DNA of 64,000 nucleotides from Eledone cirrhosa (GCA_964016885.1 OZ024743.1:151528001-151592000), one strand, 5' to 3'; shown: positions 39,991-52,876, counted from the first letter of the stretch. Program-made: numbers and translations. The notes: generated by a model from the letters alone, not told the origin.

Positions 39991-40331
39991 CAAATACACC
40001 CCGTCCCACCACCCCCACCCGATCCACACCACCCCGTTCTATGTAAAGTTATGTTGGTGCCGCGCCATCGAGGCCGAAACAAATGAGATCGTGTAGGTGT
40101 CACGACAAAAAAAACACACAGTCCACGCTGTAATGTGGCCGTGTAGGCAACACGGTAAAAACCTCCCAGACCCACACTGTAAATGTGGTTGGTGTTAGGA
40201 AGGGCATCCAACTGTAGAAAACCTGCCAGACAGTCCTATGCGAGCAAGACAATCACTCTTGCCTCAAGTGGGACTACCCCCGTCCAAACCCATGCAAGCG
40301 TGGAACACGGACGTTAAACGCTGATGATGAT
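39991..40331 (+). mobile_element. 5'-truncated RTE LINE, 3'UTR only (long-3'UTR family)
   Basis: Nearly identical to 17764-18120 and 2739-3082. Confidence 0.92.
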
Positions 40332-40528
40332 ATAATATATATATATAATATATATATATATAAATAATATATATATATATAATATATATATATAATATAT
40401 ATATATATAAATAATATATATATAAATAATATATATATATATATATATATAATATATATATAATATATATAAAATATACATAAATAATATATATATAATA
40501 TATATATAATATATATAAAATATACATA

Positions 40529-40566
<38 letters not shown>

Positions 40567-40570
40567 CATA

Positions 40571-40610
<40 letters not shown>

Positions 40611-40676
40611 CATAAATAATATATATATATATAATATATATAATATATATATATATAAAATATACATAAATAATAT

Positions 40677-40708
<32 letters not shown>

Positions 40709-40758
40709 AAATATACATAAATAATATATATATATATATATATAATATATATAAATAT
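40332..40758. repeat. TA-rich compound micro/minisatellite
   Basis: Units AAAATATACATAAATAA(TA)n. Confidence 0.93.
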
Positions 40759-40948
40759 AATTGTTTCTACTTTGGGCACAAGGCCAGCAATTATGCCAGT
40801 GTATTACTGGTACTTTATTTTATCGACCCCGTTAGTATGAAAGGCAAGGTTAACCTCGGCGGGATTTGACCTCAGACCATAAAGGGCCGTAATTCTTTGC
40901 TGCAAAGCATGGCGTCCGACCCTCTACTGATACTGCCAATCCATCGCC

Positions 40949-40950
<2 letters not shown>
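40759..40950 (-). mobile_element. Full-length tRNA-derived SINE family A
   Basis: Head GGCGATGGATTGGCAGTATCAGTAGAGGG, box B, body and tail, flanked by (TA)n. A headless copy follows at 40981-41074. Confidence 0.9.
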
Positions 40951-40984
<34 letters not shown>

Positions 40985-41218
40985 GTTTCTACTTTTGGCA
41001 CAAGGCCAATAATGACCCAGTGTATTACTGGTACTTTATTTTATCGACCCCGTAAGGATGAAAGGCAAAGTTAACATATATATAATATATATATATATAT
41101 ATATAAATATATATATAATATATATATATATAACATATATATATATATATATATATAACATATATATATATATTATATATATATTATTTATATAATATAT
41201 ATATATATAATATATATA

Positions 41219-44200
41219 TCATCATCATCATGCTTGCAAGGGTTGGACGGGCCTTATTCAGCACAGCATCTCTCCACTTGTCACGGTCCTTCGTCATCTC
41301 CTCGGTGAGATTCAGCGATCTGAGCTCTGCTCTCACCACTCTGCCCATGTTTTTCGTGGTCTACCTCTACTGCGTCTTCCTTCTACTGGGATTTCTTGGC
41401 ACTTCTTTACCCAGCGGTCATCCTACATGCGCATCACATGTCCATACCATCTCAGCCTTCTCTCCTTCACACCACAACTTATCCCTCTTATACCCAGTTT
41501 CTTTCTATGCTTGGTCATTCACGCACATTGGCATGGCACATCCAACGGAGTATACTTGCTTCATTTCGCTTTCATATCTTCTGCAGTTGCTGCCCATGTC
41601 TCACTACCATGCAGCATCGCGCATCTCACACAGGCTTCATATAACCGTCCTTTTGTACGCAGGGAGAAACCCTTCTTAGTCAACAGAGGAGGCAGCTCCC
41701 TAAACTTCTTCCAACCCGTCCTTATTCTAGATAATATGGTCTTGGAACACCCCCCTCTCATGCTAATCTGATCACCTAGGTACCGGAAGCTATCAACCAC
41801 TTCTATAGAACCCACCTGCATTGGAAAAATGTGTATATCACTGCGATTACTACTGCAAACTTTCCCTGTACATCTACTGCATATGTAGTTTTCCCTACCT
41901 GTTAGTTTGCCTGCTATCCCACTACATCTCTTGTGTACCCAAGATCTGCATTGCGTACATTTTATGGAATTTATGCCAGTTCCTTTCCTACATATCGAAC
42001 ATGGCCATTTCCCCGATGGAATTAGAGTATTGTCCTCTCTTCTACTTATCAACACTTTTGTTTTAACTATGTTCACTCTCAGGCCTCTTGATTCCAACTG
42101 CTGTTTCTATAGCCAGAATTTATTCTCTAGTTCCTCTACTGATTCGGCTATAAGAACCAGATCATCAGCATACAGAAGTTCCCATGGACAGCCAGTCTTA
42201 AACTCCTCTGTTAAACTCCATTCCTATTCTCACTTTACTGACAGTACCCCTGTACATAGCTTGCACTGTCCTCACAAGCCATTCCTCTATACCTAGTTTC
42301 CTTAGAGACCACCAGATGAGAGATCGGAGTACCCTATCAAAGGCCCTCCATAGGTCAACAAAAGCTAAGTATATTGGCTTAATCTTCTCTAAGAACTTCT
42401 CTTGTAATTGTCTCACTAAGAAGAGGGCATCTGTTGTACTTTTCCGAGGCACAAAACCACACTTCATCTCATCTAATTTGACCCTTTCTCTAATCAGTTG
42501 CACTAATATTCTCTCTGCCACTTTCATAACCTGATCCATCAGCTTTATGCCCCTATAATTGTTCCTCTCTAGAGCATCCCCTTTACCTTTGTAGCAATTT
42601 ATGAGAATACTGCTGCACCAGTCTTTGGGTATGACACCACCATATATAGCTCGATTAATGATGCGTGCTTCTCCTGATGCCTTCAGCATTACAGCAACTA
42701 TCCCCGACGGTCCAGGAGCCTTACCATTCTTCATTTCCTTAATTGCCTATTGTACCCTATATTCGTCAATCTCAATAGCTGGTTCCCCTGTCAAGTCTAC
42801 TGGAAGTAATTTCTCTCTGTCCCATTCGTTCTCCACATTCATCAGTCTCTCACAATGACTTTTCCAGGCCTCCTTTTTTTTAATCATTTGTGACACTAAC
42901 TACACTGGCATCATTCTGGACACACCTATCTCCAACAACATCCTGATTTGTACTGACACACTGCCTTGCAATGCGGAACACAGCACGTCTCTGATCTTCC
43001 CGTCGCAGAACATTGGCAAATCTACTCTCAGCCTCCCTGCGTACTAAGTGTACTTGACATCTAGCTTCTCTCTTAGCGGCTGTGTATCCTTCTCTACTCC
43101 CACCATTTTCCCAAGCCTTCCATGCAAGTCTTTTGCCTCTAATGGCCCTATCTACGATGCTGTTCCACCAGCAGGTCACTCTCTGTCTGGTTGAAGCTCT
43201 GCCACAACCATAAGTTTCTTCAGTAGCCGGCAGTAAGTTGTCACGCAAGAAATTCCAGTTATCATCTATGTCATACGGTTCTAAATCGTCTTCTTTTTCG
43301 TCATACACATCTTGAAGGGTTTTGCTAAATTTATATTTTAATGAAAGGTCTTTTAGCTTCCAGACCTTTCTTTTCCACGCCTTCCTGTATGTCTCATTCT
43401 TTCTCTTGCTTACTGAGATGTCACTAACGACTAACCTATGCTGTGGGGTACATTCTTCCCCGAGGTATGCCTTAGTATTTGACACCATCTGTCTGACTCG
43501 CTGTCTAACTAGCAGGGAGTCAATCTAGCTTATGTGCTCGCCAGATTTGTAGGTTATTAGGTGGTTGGTAGGCTTCTGGAAGTTAGTGTTGCAAATGGTT
43601 AGTGCATTTGCATCACAAAATTCAAGAAGCCTCACTACTCCATTTCTTGAGCCATAACCGTACCCTCCATGTACCTCAGTGTATCCATCCTGGAGCTGTC
43701 CAACATGTCCATTGAAGTCCCCCGCCAGCATAACGATGTCTCTGTCCTCTGTCATTGAGGCTGTTTGTAAAAGTTGCTCGTAAAAGCAGTCTTTCTCTTC
43801 TTTACCTAGGCTGCCTGGGGAGCATAGGCAGAGATGATTGTCAGTAGTCTTTTGTCTACAACTAATCTAAGCTTAATTATTGTATCACTAACTCTACCTA
43901 CCTCCATTGTCTTATTGATCTACTTCTCAGCGAGTAATATACCCACCCCAGCTAACCCATCATCATTACCCACCCAGAAACGCTTATAACTACGATGTTT
44001 GCCTGTGATTAGTCTTGCAAAGGCACCTCTCCATCTCACCTCTTGCACACAGCACACATCCACATGCCTTCTCTCCAGCATCTCCGCTATTTCACCAGAT
44101 CTACCTGGTAGAGTGCCAACATTAAGTGTGGCAACTCTGAGATGCGACATCTCGTTCTTTTTCCAGTTGAGCGATTGCTTGATGACGGTAGTGGGGTTCT

Positions 44201-44545
44201 CACACATGGCCTCACTAGCCAGCCCACTACCGTGCGCAGCCCTAACATGGTTAGTGTTATTGCTGTTTACGCAGTTGTTTTTGTGAGATTGCTTGATGAC
44301 TGTCGGGGGGTTCTTGCACATGGCCGCACCAGCCACCCCACTACCGTGTGCAGCCCTAATATGGTTAGTGTTATTGCTGTTGACGCATTTGTTGTAATTC
44401 TTATCTGTTGTGCTCATAATTTTGGCATTTATTATACTGGTTGGATGCCTTTCCTAAGACCAGCACTACTTTACAGCATGGACTGAATGCTTTTATTCGT
44501 GCCACCAGCACAAGAGAGGTCGTCTTACTGGACTCAGGGGCCCTA
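41219..44545 (-). mobile_element. Near-full-length RTE-clade LINE, disrupted: AP endonuclease, reverse transcriptase, PHD finger and C-terminal domain
   Basis: EN motifs ATLNVGTL, CCVQEVRW, AGDFNGHVG and QHRLVV; RT motifs KAPGPSGI, YRGIKL, AFVDLWRAFDRV, LLYADDL and FRYLG. Several frameshifts and stops, a short 5'UTR and a (GAT)n tail. Confidence 0.96.
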
Positions 44546-44596
44546 TGATATAATATATATATATAGATATATAATATATAAGTTTTAATATAGAAG

Positions 44597-44647
44597 AGCT
44601 TCTACAGGACTAGAACTGTTACATTCTTGAGAAATCATCAGGGAGCT
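44597..44647 (-). ncRNA. Type I hammerhead ribozyme with one core mutation (GAAA to GTAA)
   Basis: AGCTCC CTGATGA tTTC-tcaa-GAAt GTAA CAG-ttctagtc-CTG TA GAAGCT: stems I, II and III and a GUA cleavage triplet are present. Confidence 0.6.
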
Positions 44648-44758
44648 GGCTGTCCGAGTAAGTAGCAGTATTTATATCTTTTTTTTTCTGGTAGTAGTAG
44701 GTCATTGGTATAAGTATATATATATATTTGTGCATGTGTGTGTATGTATGTAAGTATG

Positions 44759-47208
44759 TATCATCATCATCATCACCGTTTTACGTCCGTTCTTCCACGC
44801 TAGCATGGGTTAGATGGGTTGTCCTGTTGTGGGCAGTGTCTGGTCGGCTGACCATGCCTTGCTCATACAGGAACTGATTTGGCTTGATTTCTACAGCTGG
44901 ATACCCTTCCTAACACCAACCTCATTTACAGTGAGTGCTGGGTTCTTTTTCGTGGCGCCTACACGTCCACTTTACAGTGTAGGCTGGGTGCTTTTTTGCC
45001 ATGGCACCTCCACGACCACCTTGCAGTGGGCGGTGTGGGGGCATATTGTCTATATGCTTCAGCTTGTACCCATGGGAGGTCGGGTACTCTGTATTACTGC
45101 GTGACGCCAGTGTCACAGTCGTGTGTCATCGCCTTTGAGAGGTGTAATTGGGTAAGGTCAGCTTTTATCACCTCATCCCAGGTCATCTTGGGTCTCCCCA
45201 CTCCGCGGTTTCCATCGACTTCTAGTGCTCTGCACCTTTTTATGCAGCTGTCATCCTTCATACGCATCACATGTCCATACCAACGCAACCGCCTCTCCTG
45301 CACACATCATTTGATTCCTCTTATGCACAGTCTCTCTCTCAATTCATTTATGCTTCGTCGTTCACGTATATTACTGTTACACATCCATCGGAGCATGCAG
45401 GCTTCGTTTCTCTCTAATCTACGTAAGTCTTTCACTTTCAGCGCCCAGGTCTCACTACCATGTAACATTGCTGTTCGGATACACGCATCATACAGTCTGC
45501 CTTTCATTTGGAGGGAAAAGCCTTTTGCAGCTAGCAGTGGCTCCCTGAACTTCTTCCATCCCGTTCTTACCCTAGTTATTGTACTTTCTGAACACCCACC
45601 TCCGCTGCTAATTCGGTCACCTAGGTAGCAGAAGCTGTCTACTGTTTCTACAGAGCCCTCCCAGAGATTGGTGGTACTTGTTTCCTGTGGCTGTTTGCTG
45701 CTTGCTGTCCCAGCACAGCTGCTGCATGTGAAGCCTACATTCTTAATTAAGCATCCTGAGATCCCGCTACATCTCTTGTGTACCCATTGTTTGCATTTGG
45801 GGCAGAGAATCGAGTTCCTACCTACACCTTTCCTACATACTGAGCAAGGCCATTTCCCTGAGGGGATCTGGGTTCTGTTTTCTCGTCTACTTACAAGGAC
45901 CTGAGTCTTTGTCATGTTGACTTTGAGACCCTTTCTTTCTAGTCCCTGCTTCCAAGTTTGGAATTTATTCTCTAGTTCTACCATAGATTCAGCTATAAGT
46001 GCGAGGTCATCAGCATACAGGAGTTCCCATGGGCATCCAGTCTTAAACTCCTCCGTTATTACCTGCAGGACTATGATGAACAGGAGGGGGCTAAGAACAG
46101 AGCCCTGGTGGACCCCAACCTGTACGCTAAATTCCTCGCTATACTCATTGCTAATCCTAACTTTGCTGACTGCTCCCCTATACATGGCTTGTACCGCTTT
46201 CAGAAGCCATTCATCTACTCCTAGTTTTCTAAGAGCCCACCAGATTACAGCACGTGGAACTCTGTCAAAGGCTTTCTGAAGGTCGACAAATGCCAGGTAG
46301 AGTGGCTTACTTTTAGCTAGGTACTTTTTCTGTAACTGCCTGACAAGGAAGAGGGCATCAGTTGTGCCTCTTCCTGGTACAAACCCAAATTGCATCTCGT
46401 CTAGGTTCACCCGGTCCCTAATCAACTGTGCTATAACTGTTTCTGTTACTTTCATGACCTGGTCCATCAGCTTTATACCTTTATAGTTTCCTCTATCTCG
46501 TGCATCGCCTTTACCTTTGTAGCAGTTGACAATGATGCTACTGCACCAATCTTTCGGTATGACACCTTCTAGTATTACCTGGCTATAGTGTGACCTACAG
46601 ACCCAGATGCCTTCAGCATCTCGGCAGCTATACCCGATGGACCGGTTGCCTTCCCCATCTTCATATCTTTGATTGCCTTACTTACTATGCTGCTGCTGAC
46701 TTGTACTGCTGGCCCCTCTATAGGGTCTACTTGGGGTAGGGTCTCTTCTTCCCATGCATTCTCCTCATTTAGTAATCTATCATAATGACTCTTCCATGCA
46801 TCTTTCTTCTCAGCACTTGTGAGGGCAAGCTCACCTTTATCATTCCGGATATACTTCTCTCCAATGACATCACAACTCTCTCTGACACACTGCCTCGCAA
46901 TCTTGAACACCTCCTGTTTCTGGGCCCCACGTTGCAAAACATGCTTGAATTTTCTATCCTCTGCTTCCCTCCTAGCTAAGTATACTTGTCGCCTAGCTTC
47001 CCTCTTGGTCTCTATGTAATGTACGCTGCTCCCCCCGTTCTTCCATTCTTTCCATGACTGTCTCTTGGCCTTAACTGCCTCATCTACCTTATTGTTACAC
47101 CACCAAGTCACTCTCCTCCTGCTTGTGGTCTTACTCCAGCCACAGACCTCATCCGTCGCCTCTAGTAAGTTATTTTTTAGGAACTCCCAGTTCTCTTCTA
47201 CATTGAAT
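44759..47208 (-). mobile_element. 5'-truncated RTE LINE with complete RT and PHD finger, inactivated by stops
   Basis: ORFs 45307-46467 and 46575-47208 contain QFGFVPGRGTTD, FVDLQKAFDRV, GVHQGSVLSPLLF, LLYADDL and C4HC3. The 3'UTR module and (GAT)n tail follow. Confidence 0.96.
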
Positions 47209-47380
47209 GTCTCTATATGTATATATGTGTGTATGTATGTATGTATATATGTGTGTGCGTATATATGTATATATATATTGTGCGTACGTGTGTACATTTG
47301 AATAGGTATATGCGTGTGTATGCATGAGAGCGTATGTGTGCATATATATATATATGTGTATGTATATCTGTATATATATG

Positions 47381-47418
<38 letters not shown>

Positions 47419-47526
47419 CGTATGTATGTACACATATTTGTGACAGATGGAGAGAGGCTGTGCTGAAAAAGATGTTCCATCCATGCAAGCAGGGAAAAGC
47501 AGACATATGATGATGATAATATATAT

Positions 47527-47640
47527 GAGTTCAAATCCCGCCGAGGTTGACTTTGCCTTTCATCCTTACGGGGTCGATAAAATAAAGTACCTGTAATGAA
47601 CTGGCTAATTGCTGGCCTTGTGCCTAAAGTAGAAACAAAT
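47527..47640 (+). mobile_element. 5'-truncated SINE family A
   Basis: Runs from box B to the tail, between TA runs. Confidence 0.85.
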
Positions 47641-47756
47641 ATATATATATATATATATATAATTGTTTCTACGTTAGGCACAAGGCCAGATATAATATAA
47701 ATATAATATATATATATATATAATATATATATAATATATAATATATATATATAATA

Positions 47757-48288
47757 TTGATGGTAGTTATGGAGTAGGTAGACCCAGAAAAACCTGGGAC
47801 GATCTGAGAAATTCTGACTTTACACACTTGCACCTCTCGAAAACAATGTCACTGGACCGAGATCTTTGGCGCTACACAGTAATATAGAAGACCCACCTTG
47901 CCTATATACAAAACGAAACCTACAGTCATTAGGCACCTCTTAACCAAATATACACCCCAAGCCACTACCCCTACCCAATCCTCCCACTCTCTGTAAAGTT
48001 GGTACCACAACATCCAGTCCAAATAAATGAGATAATGACATTGAGAATGTGTAGGTGTCATGACAAAAAACACACAGTCCATGCTGTAATGTGGCCATGT
48101 AGGTAACACTGTAAAAGGTTCCCAGTTCCACACTGTAAATGTGGTTGGTGTTAGGAAGGGCATCCAGCCAGATAGTCCTATATGAGCGAGACACGGACAC
48201 CCGACCAACCTTGCCTCAAGTGGGACAATTGCCGTCTAACCCATGCTAGCGTGGAAGATGGACGTTAAACGAAGATGATGATGATGAT
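47757..48288 (+). mobile_element. 5'-truncated RTE LINE (long-3'UTR family)
   Basis: IDGSYGVGRPRKTWDDL..HLSKTMSLDRDLWRY, then the 3'UTR and (GAT)n. Confidence 0.9.
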
Positions 48289-48422
48289 ATAATATATATA
48301 TATATATAGTAATAATAATAAATTTGAAGACTAAAATCCAAAGAGGGCTCGATAAGGATAAATATATATCAAATATATAAGAACCGTAGAGCAAATATTT
48401 ATTAAAATAAATATATATTTTA

Positions 48423-48462
<40 letters not shown>

Positions 48463-48624
48463 CGTTTCTGAATTTGTTTAGCAAGATTCTTTATCTGAAA
48501 ACGTGTGTTGAAACCGATATTGTTATGCTTTTGGAGGGTCAAGTTGCCAATAAGAAACACATGCACCAGTTGCTTTCACTTAAATTTATAAATTTAATTT
48601 ATAATAAATTGAAGAATTTATAAA

Positions 48625-49800
48625 TTTAATCGGCCTGGTGCACCGAAAACGATAAACGGAAAAAATGAAACAAAATTTCATTTCCCACTCTTAGTACAGA
48701 AGGTATACGTTGCTGACGATAGCTAATAAGCTTGAAACTAGTACAGCGTTCGTTTGTCAGTGTTGAACAAACGAGCAACGATGGTTGCTGGACACTACGG
48801 CTTAATACGGGATGTTTGTTTACAAACACACCGAGCATTATAATAAATGTTCGGTGAATCCATACGTGCATATATATGTGTGCATGTATGCATATATATA
48901 TATACATACTCTGTACGTGTGTATACATATATGTATGTACGTGTACATACTTATATTTAAGTAACAGCCGTACTAAGAGTGGGAAATTTCATTTCATTTC
49001 ATTTTTTCCGTTTATCGTTTTCGGTGCACCCGGCCAATTAACCCACTCGATATGCAAATTGGGCTACTCAGCCGTTAATATGCATAAGGTAAGTATATAC
49101 GTTCAACAATCTGGCAGGAAGGTATACGTTGCTGACGATAGCTAATAAGCTTGAAACTAGTACAGCGTTCCTTTGTCAGTGTTGAACAAATGAGCAACGA
49201 TGGTTGCTGGACACTACGGCTTAATACGGGATATTTGTTTACAAACACACCGAGCATTATAATAAATGTTCAGTGAATCCATAAGTGCATATATATATGT
49301 GTGCATGTATGTATATATATATACATACTACTGTACGTCTGTATACATATATGTATGTACGTGTACATACTTATATTTGAGAGACAGCCGTACTAAGAGT
49401 GGGAATGAAATTTCGTTTCATTATTTCCGTTTATCGTTTTTGGTGCACCCGGCCGATTAACCCACTCGATATGCAAATTGGCCTACTCAGCCGTTAATAT
49501 GCATAAGGTAAGTATATACGTTCAACAATCTGGCAGGAAGGTATACGTTGCTGACGATAGCTAATAAGCTTGAAACTAGTACAGCGTTCCTTTGTCAGTG
49601 TTGAACAAACGAGCAACAATGGTTGCTGGAGACTACGGCTTAATACGGGATGTTTGTTTACAAACACACCGAGCATTATAATAAATGTTCGGTGAATCCA
49701 TACGTGCATATATATATGTGTGCATGTATGTATATATATATATATATACATACTACTGTACGTCTGTATACATATATGTATGTACGTGTACATACTTATA
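48625..49800. repeat. ~419-bp tandem repeat (about 2.6 units) with a ~70-bp inverted terminal copy; probable non-autonomous DNA-transposon derivative
   Basis: GAAGGTATACGTTGCTGACGATAGC starts at 48699, 49118 and 49537. 48625-48697 is the reverse complement of about 48970-49041. Confidence 0.85.
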
Positions 49801-49907
49801 TCATTTCATTTCATTTTTACGTCCGCTTTTCCCTGCTTGCAAGGGTGGGATGGGAACTGATTCTGGTTTGATTTCTACAGCTGGATATATATATATATAT
49901 ATATATA

Positions 49908-50430
49908 CATCATCATCATCGTTTAACGTCCATCTTCCACGCTTGCATGGGTTTGGATGGGAGTTTTCCCACTTGAGGCAAGAGTGGTTGTCTTTCTTGC
50001 ATAGGACTGCCTGGCAGATTTTCTATGGCTGGATGCCCTTCCTAACACCAACCACGTTTACAGTGTGGACTGGGAGGTTTTTACCATGTTACCTACACGG
50101 CCACATTACAGCGTGAACTGTGTGTTTTTTTTGTCGTGACACCTACACGACCTCATTTGTTTCAGACTGGATGTTGTGGTACCAACATAACTTTACATTG
50201 AAAGGGGTGGTGTGGATGGGGTGGGGTTAGTGGGACGGGGTGTATTTTTGTTAGTGGTGCCTACTGACTGTAGTAGGTTTTACTTTGTACTTAGGTAAGG
50301 CGGGTCTTCTGTATTACTGTGTAGCGCCAAATATCTTGGTCCAGTGACATTGTCTTGGAGAGGTGTAAGTGTGTGTGGTTGGAATTTATCAGGTCGTCCC
50401 AGGTTTTTCTGGGTCTGCCTACTCCGTGGC
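49908..50430 (-). mobile_element. 5'-truncated RTE LINE (long-3'UTR family) fused head-to-head to a plus-strand tail at 50431-50550
   Basis: GRPRKTW..HLSKTMSLD on the minus strand; (GAT)n tails point outward on both sides. Confidence 0.88.
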
Positions 50431-50580
50431 TTAGAAAACCTGCCAGACAGTCCTGAGCAAGACAACCAATCTTTCCTCAAGTGGGACAATTCCCGTCCAG
50501 ACCCATGCTAGCGTGGAAAATGGACGTTAAACGATGATGATGATGATGATAATATATAAAATATATGATATATAATATAT

Positions 50581-51606
50581 TTAAGACTGGCTGTCCATGG
50601 GAACTTCTCTATGCTGACGATCTGGTTCTTATAGCAGAATCAGTAGAGGAGCTAGAGAATAAATTCTGGCCATGGAAACAACAGTTGGAAGCAAGAGGAC
50701 TGAGAGTGAAAACAAAAGTGTTGATGAGTAGAAAAGAGGACAAAACTCTAATTCCATCAGGGAAATGGCCATGTTCGATATGCAGAAAAGGAACTGGCAT
50801 AAATTCTATAAAATGCACACAATGCAGATCCTGGGTACACAAGAGATGTAGCAGGATAGCAGGCAAACTAACAGGTAGGGAGAAATATGTATGCAGTAGA
50901 TGTACAGGGAAATTAGACAGTAGAAGTCGCATTGACAGACACATTTTTCAAATGCAGGAGGGCGCTATAGAAGTGGTGGATAGCTTCCGGTTACCTAGGA
51001 GATCAGATTAACATGGGAGGAGGGTGTTCCGAGGCTATAGTATCTAGAATAAGGATGGGTTGGAAGAAGTTTAGGGAGCTGCTTCCTCTGCTGACAAAGA
51101 AGGGTTTCTCCCTGCGTACGAAAGGCCGGTTGTATGATGCCTGTGTGAGGAGCGCAATGCTGCATGGCATGGTGGTGAGACATGGGCAGCAACTGCAGAG
51201 GATATGTGACAGCTGGAGAGAAATGAGGCAAGCATGCTCCGTTGGATGTGCAGTGTAAATGTGCGTGAACGACCCAGCATGAATGTGTTGAGAGAGAAAC
51301 TGTGTCTGAGAGGGATAGAATGTAGTGTACAGGAGAGGAGACTGAGATGGTATGGACATGTGATGCGCATGGAGGATGACAGATGGGTGAAGAAGTGCCA
51401 GGAAATGCCAGTTGAAGGAAGACTTGGTAGAGGTAGACCACAAAAAACATGGGCGGAGGTGGTGAGAACAGATCTCAGATCGTTGAAGCTCACGGTGGAG
51501 ATGACGAAGGACCGTGACGAGTGGAGAGATGCTGTGCTGAATAAGACCCGTCCCAACCTTGCAAGCAGGGAAAAGCGGACGTAAAATGATGATGATGATG
51601 ATGATA
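50581..51606 (+). mobile_element. 5'-truncated RTE LINE, same family as 41219-44545
   Basis: KTGCPWELLYADDL..WPCSICRKGTGINSIKCTQCRSWVHKRC..RRLRWYGHVMRM, with a short tail directly after the ORF. Confidence 0.94.
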
Positions 51607-51619
51607 TATATGGGGGTAC

Positions 51620-51800
51620 ATGGCAATCGGTGTTTACATGCAGTTACAAGTTCGACTTTTTCGGTTAGGAGTTGGTCCTTCGTAAACATTTGTTTTGTTT
51701 CCTCCGAGCATAAGTTACACGGACGGCGTCCTCCCACGTAGGAGTTAGGTCTGGACAGTAAGCTCCAAGTAAGATGGTATGTTATGTTATTATGCGTAGG
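51620..51800 (-). mobile_element. Penelope-like element fragment (C-terminus of the GIY-YIG endonuclease region)
   Basis: TYHLTWSLLSRPNSYVGGRRPCNLCSEE..LLTEKVELVTACKHR matches the PLE pattern WSIL..Y....RCNLCL.E..LLNKRSELVS.CRH. Confidence 0.7.
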
Positions 51801-52061
51801 ACTTTCCTCGCCCTCAAACCCACTCATGACCGGGGTGGACAGACAATGACTGCAACATCCTTCTTTTCCCCACTTGCCTAACAAGATAAGGGAAACCCCA
51901 GCATACATAGGTAGATGTACTTCTTTTCTTTTTTCACTTTATCTCTTCTTTTCACTTCCTTCCACTCCCTCTCCTCTTCCCTCTTTTGCCTACCCATCCG
52001 GCTTTTGTAGCCTCAGTAACCCCCACCCCAGTAAATTCTATATAGCATTGGCCGAAAACAT

Positions 52062-52253
52062 AATTGTTTCTACTATTGGCACAAGGCCAGAAATTATCCC
52101 AGTACATTACTGGTACCTTATTTTATCGACCCCCGTAAGGATGAAAGGCTAAGTTAACCTCGGCGGGATTTGAAATCAGAATGGCAATGGCCGTAACTCT
52201 ATGCGCCAAAGCATGGCGTCCGACCCTCTACCGATACTGCCAATTCACCGCCC
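52062..52253 (-). mobile_element. Full-length SINE family A with ~22-bp TSD
   Basis: Complete from head to tail. TAGCATTGGC(C/T)GAAAACATAAT lies on both flanks. Confidence 0.9.
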
Positions 52254-52876
52254 TAGCATTGGCTGAAAACATAATACCAGCTAAAAATATAGCATTGGCC
52301 GAAAACATAATACCAGCTAAAAATATAGCAGCTGCTTTAGACTAGTTCTTTTTATTATTTTTTATTTAATTTTTTTTTTAAATATTATTTTTTAATTTTT
52401 TAATCTCAATTTATTAACCATTTAATTTTATAACTTCCCACTCTCAGATTCCTCCAGAATTCTTTTTCGCCTGCTTTCTACCTAGCCTAGTTTCATACAC
52501 ACTCCTTAGAATTTGCTGTATAGAATTCACTTTCAATGCTTGACAGGCTCCACCCACTCCCTCATTGTTCTACAGGCAAGTTCAGCCACCCCACCTCCCA
52601 TCCATCACTATGAAAGATTTAATTGTGTTTACAAGAAATTTTGACCAATCCTTTTGACAACTACAATCTTCCCATATAAGGAATTACCCCTTGAAAAGTT
52701 CGGCTATTTATTACCAAGCTAAAAATTCTAATTTAGTCCAGAAATAGCCGTCGAAACGGCTTGAGCTCTGCCATCGGGTTCTTGGATGTTTTGCTATTAC
52801 CCACTCTACTACCCTAAGTATTGAGTACTCTGGTGAGTTATGGTCCATCTGGTTCCTTACCACACTTCCTTCGTTA

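Noticed and set aside
46575-47681. 368-aa ORF as a single gene
   Set aside because: It is a chance read-through of an antisense SINE and a microsatellite into the RTE ORF.
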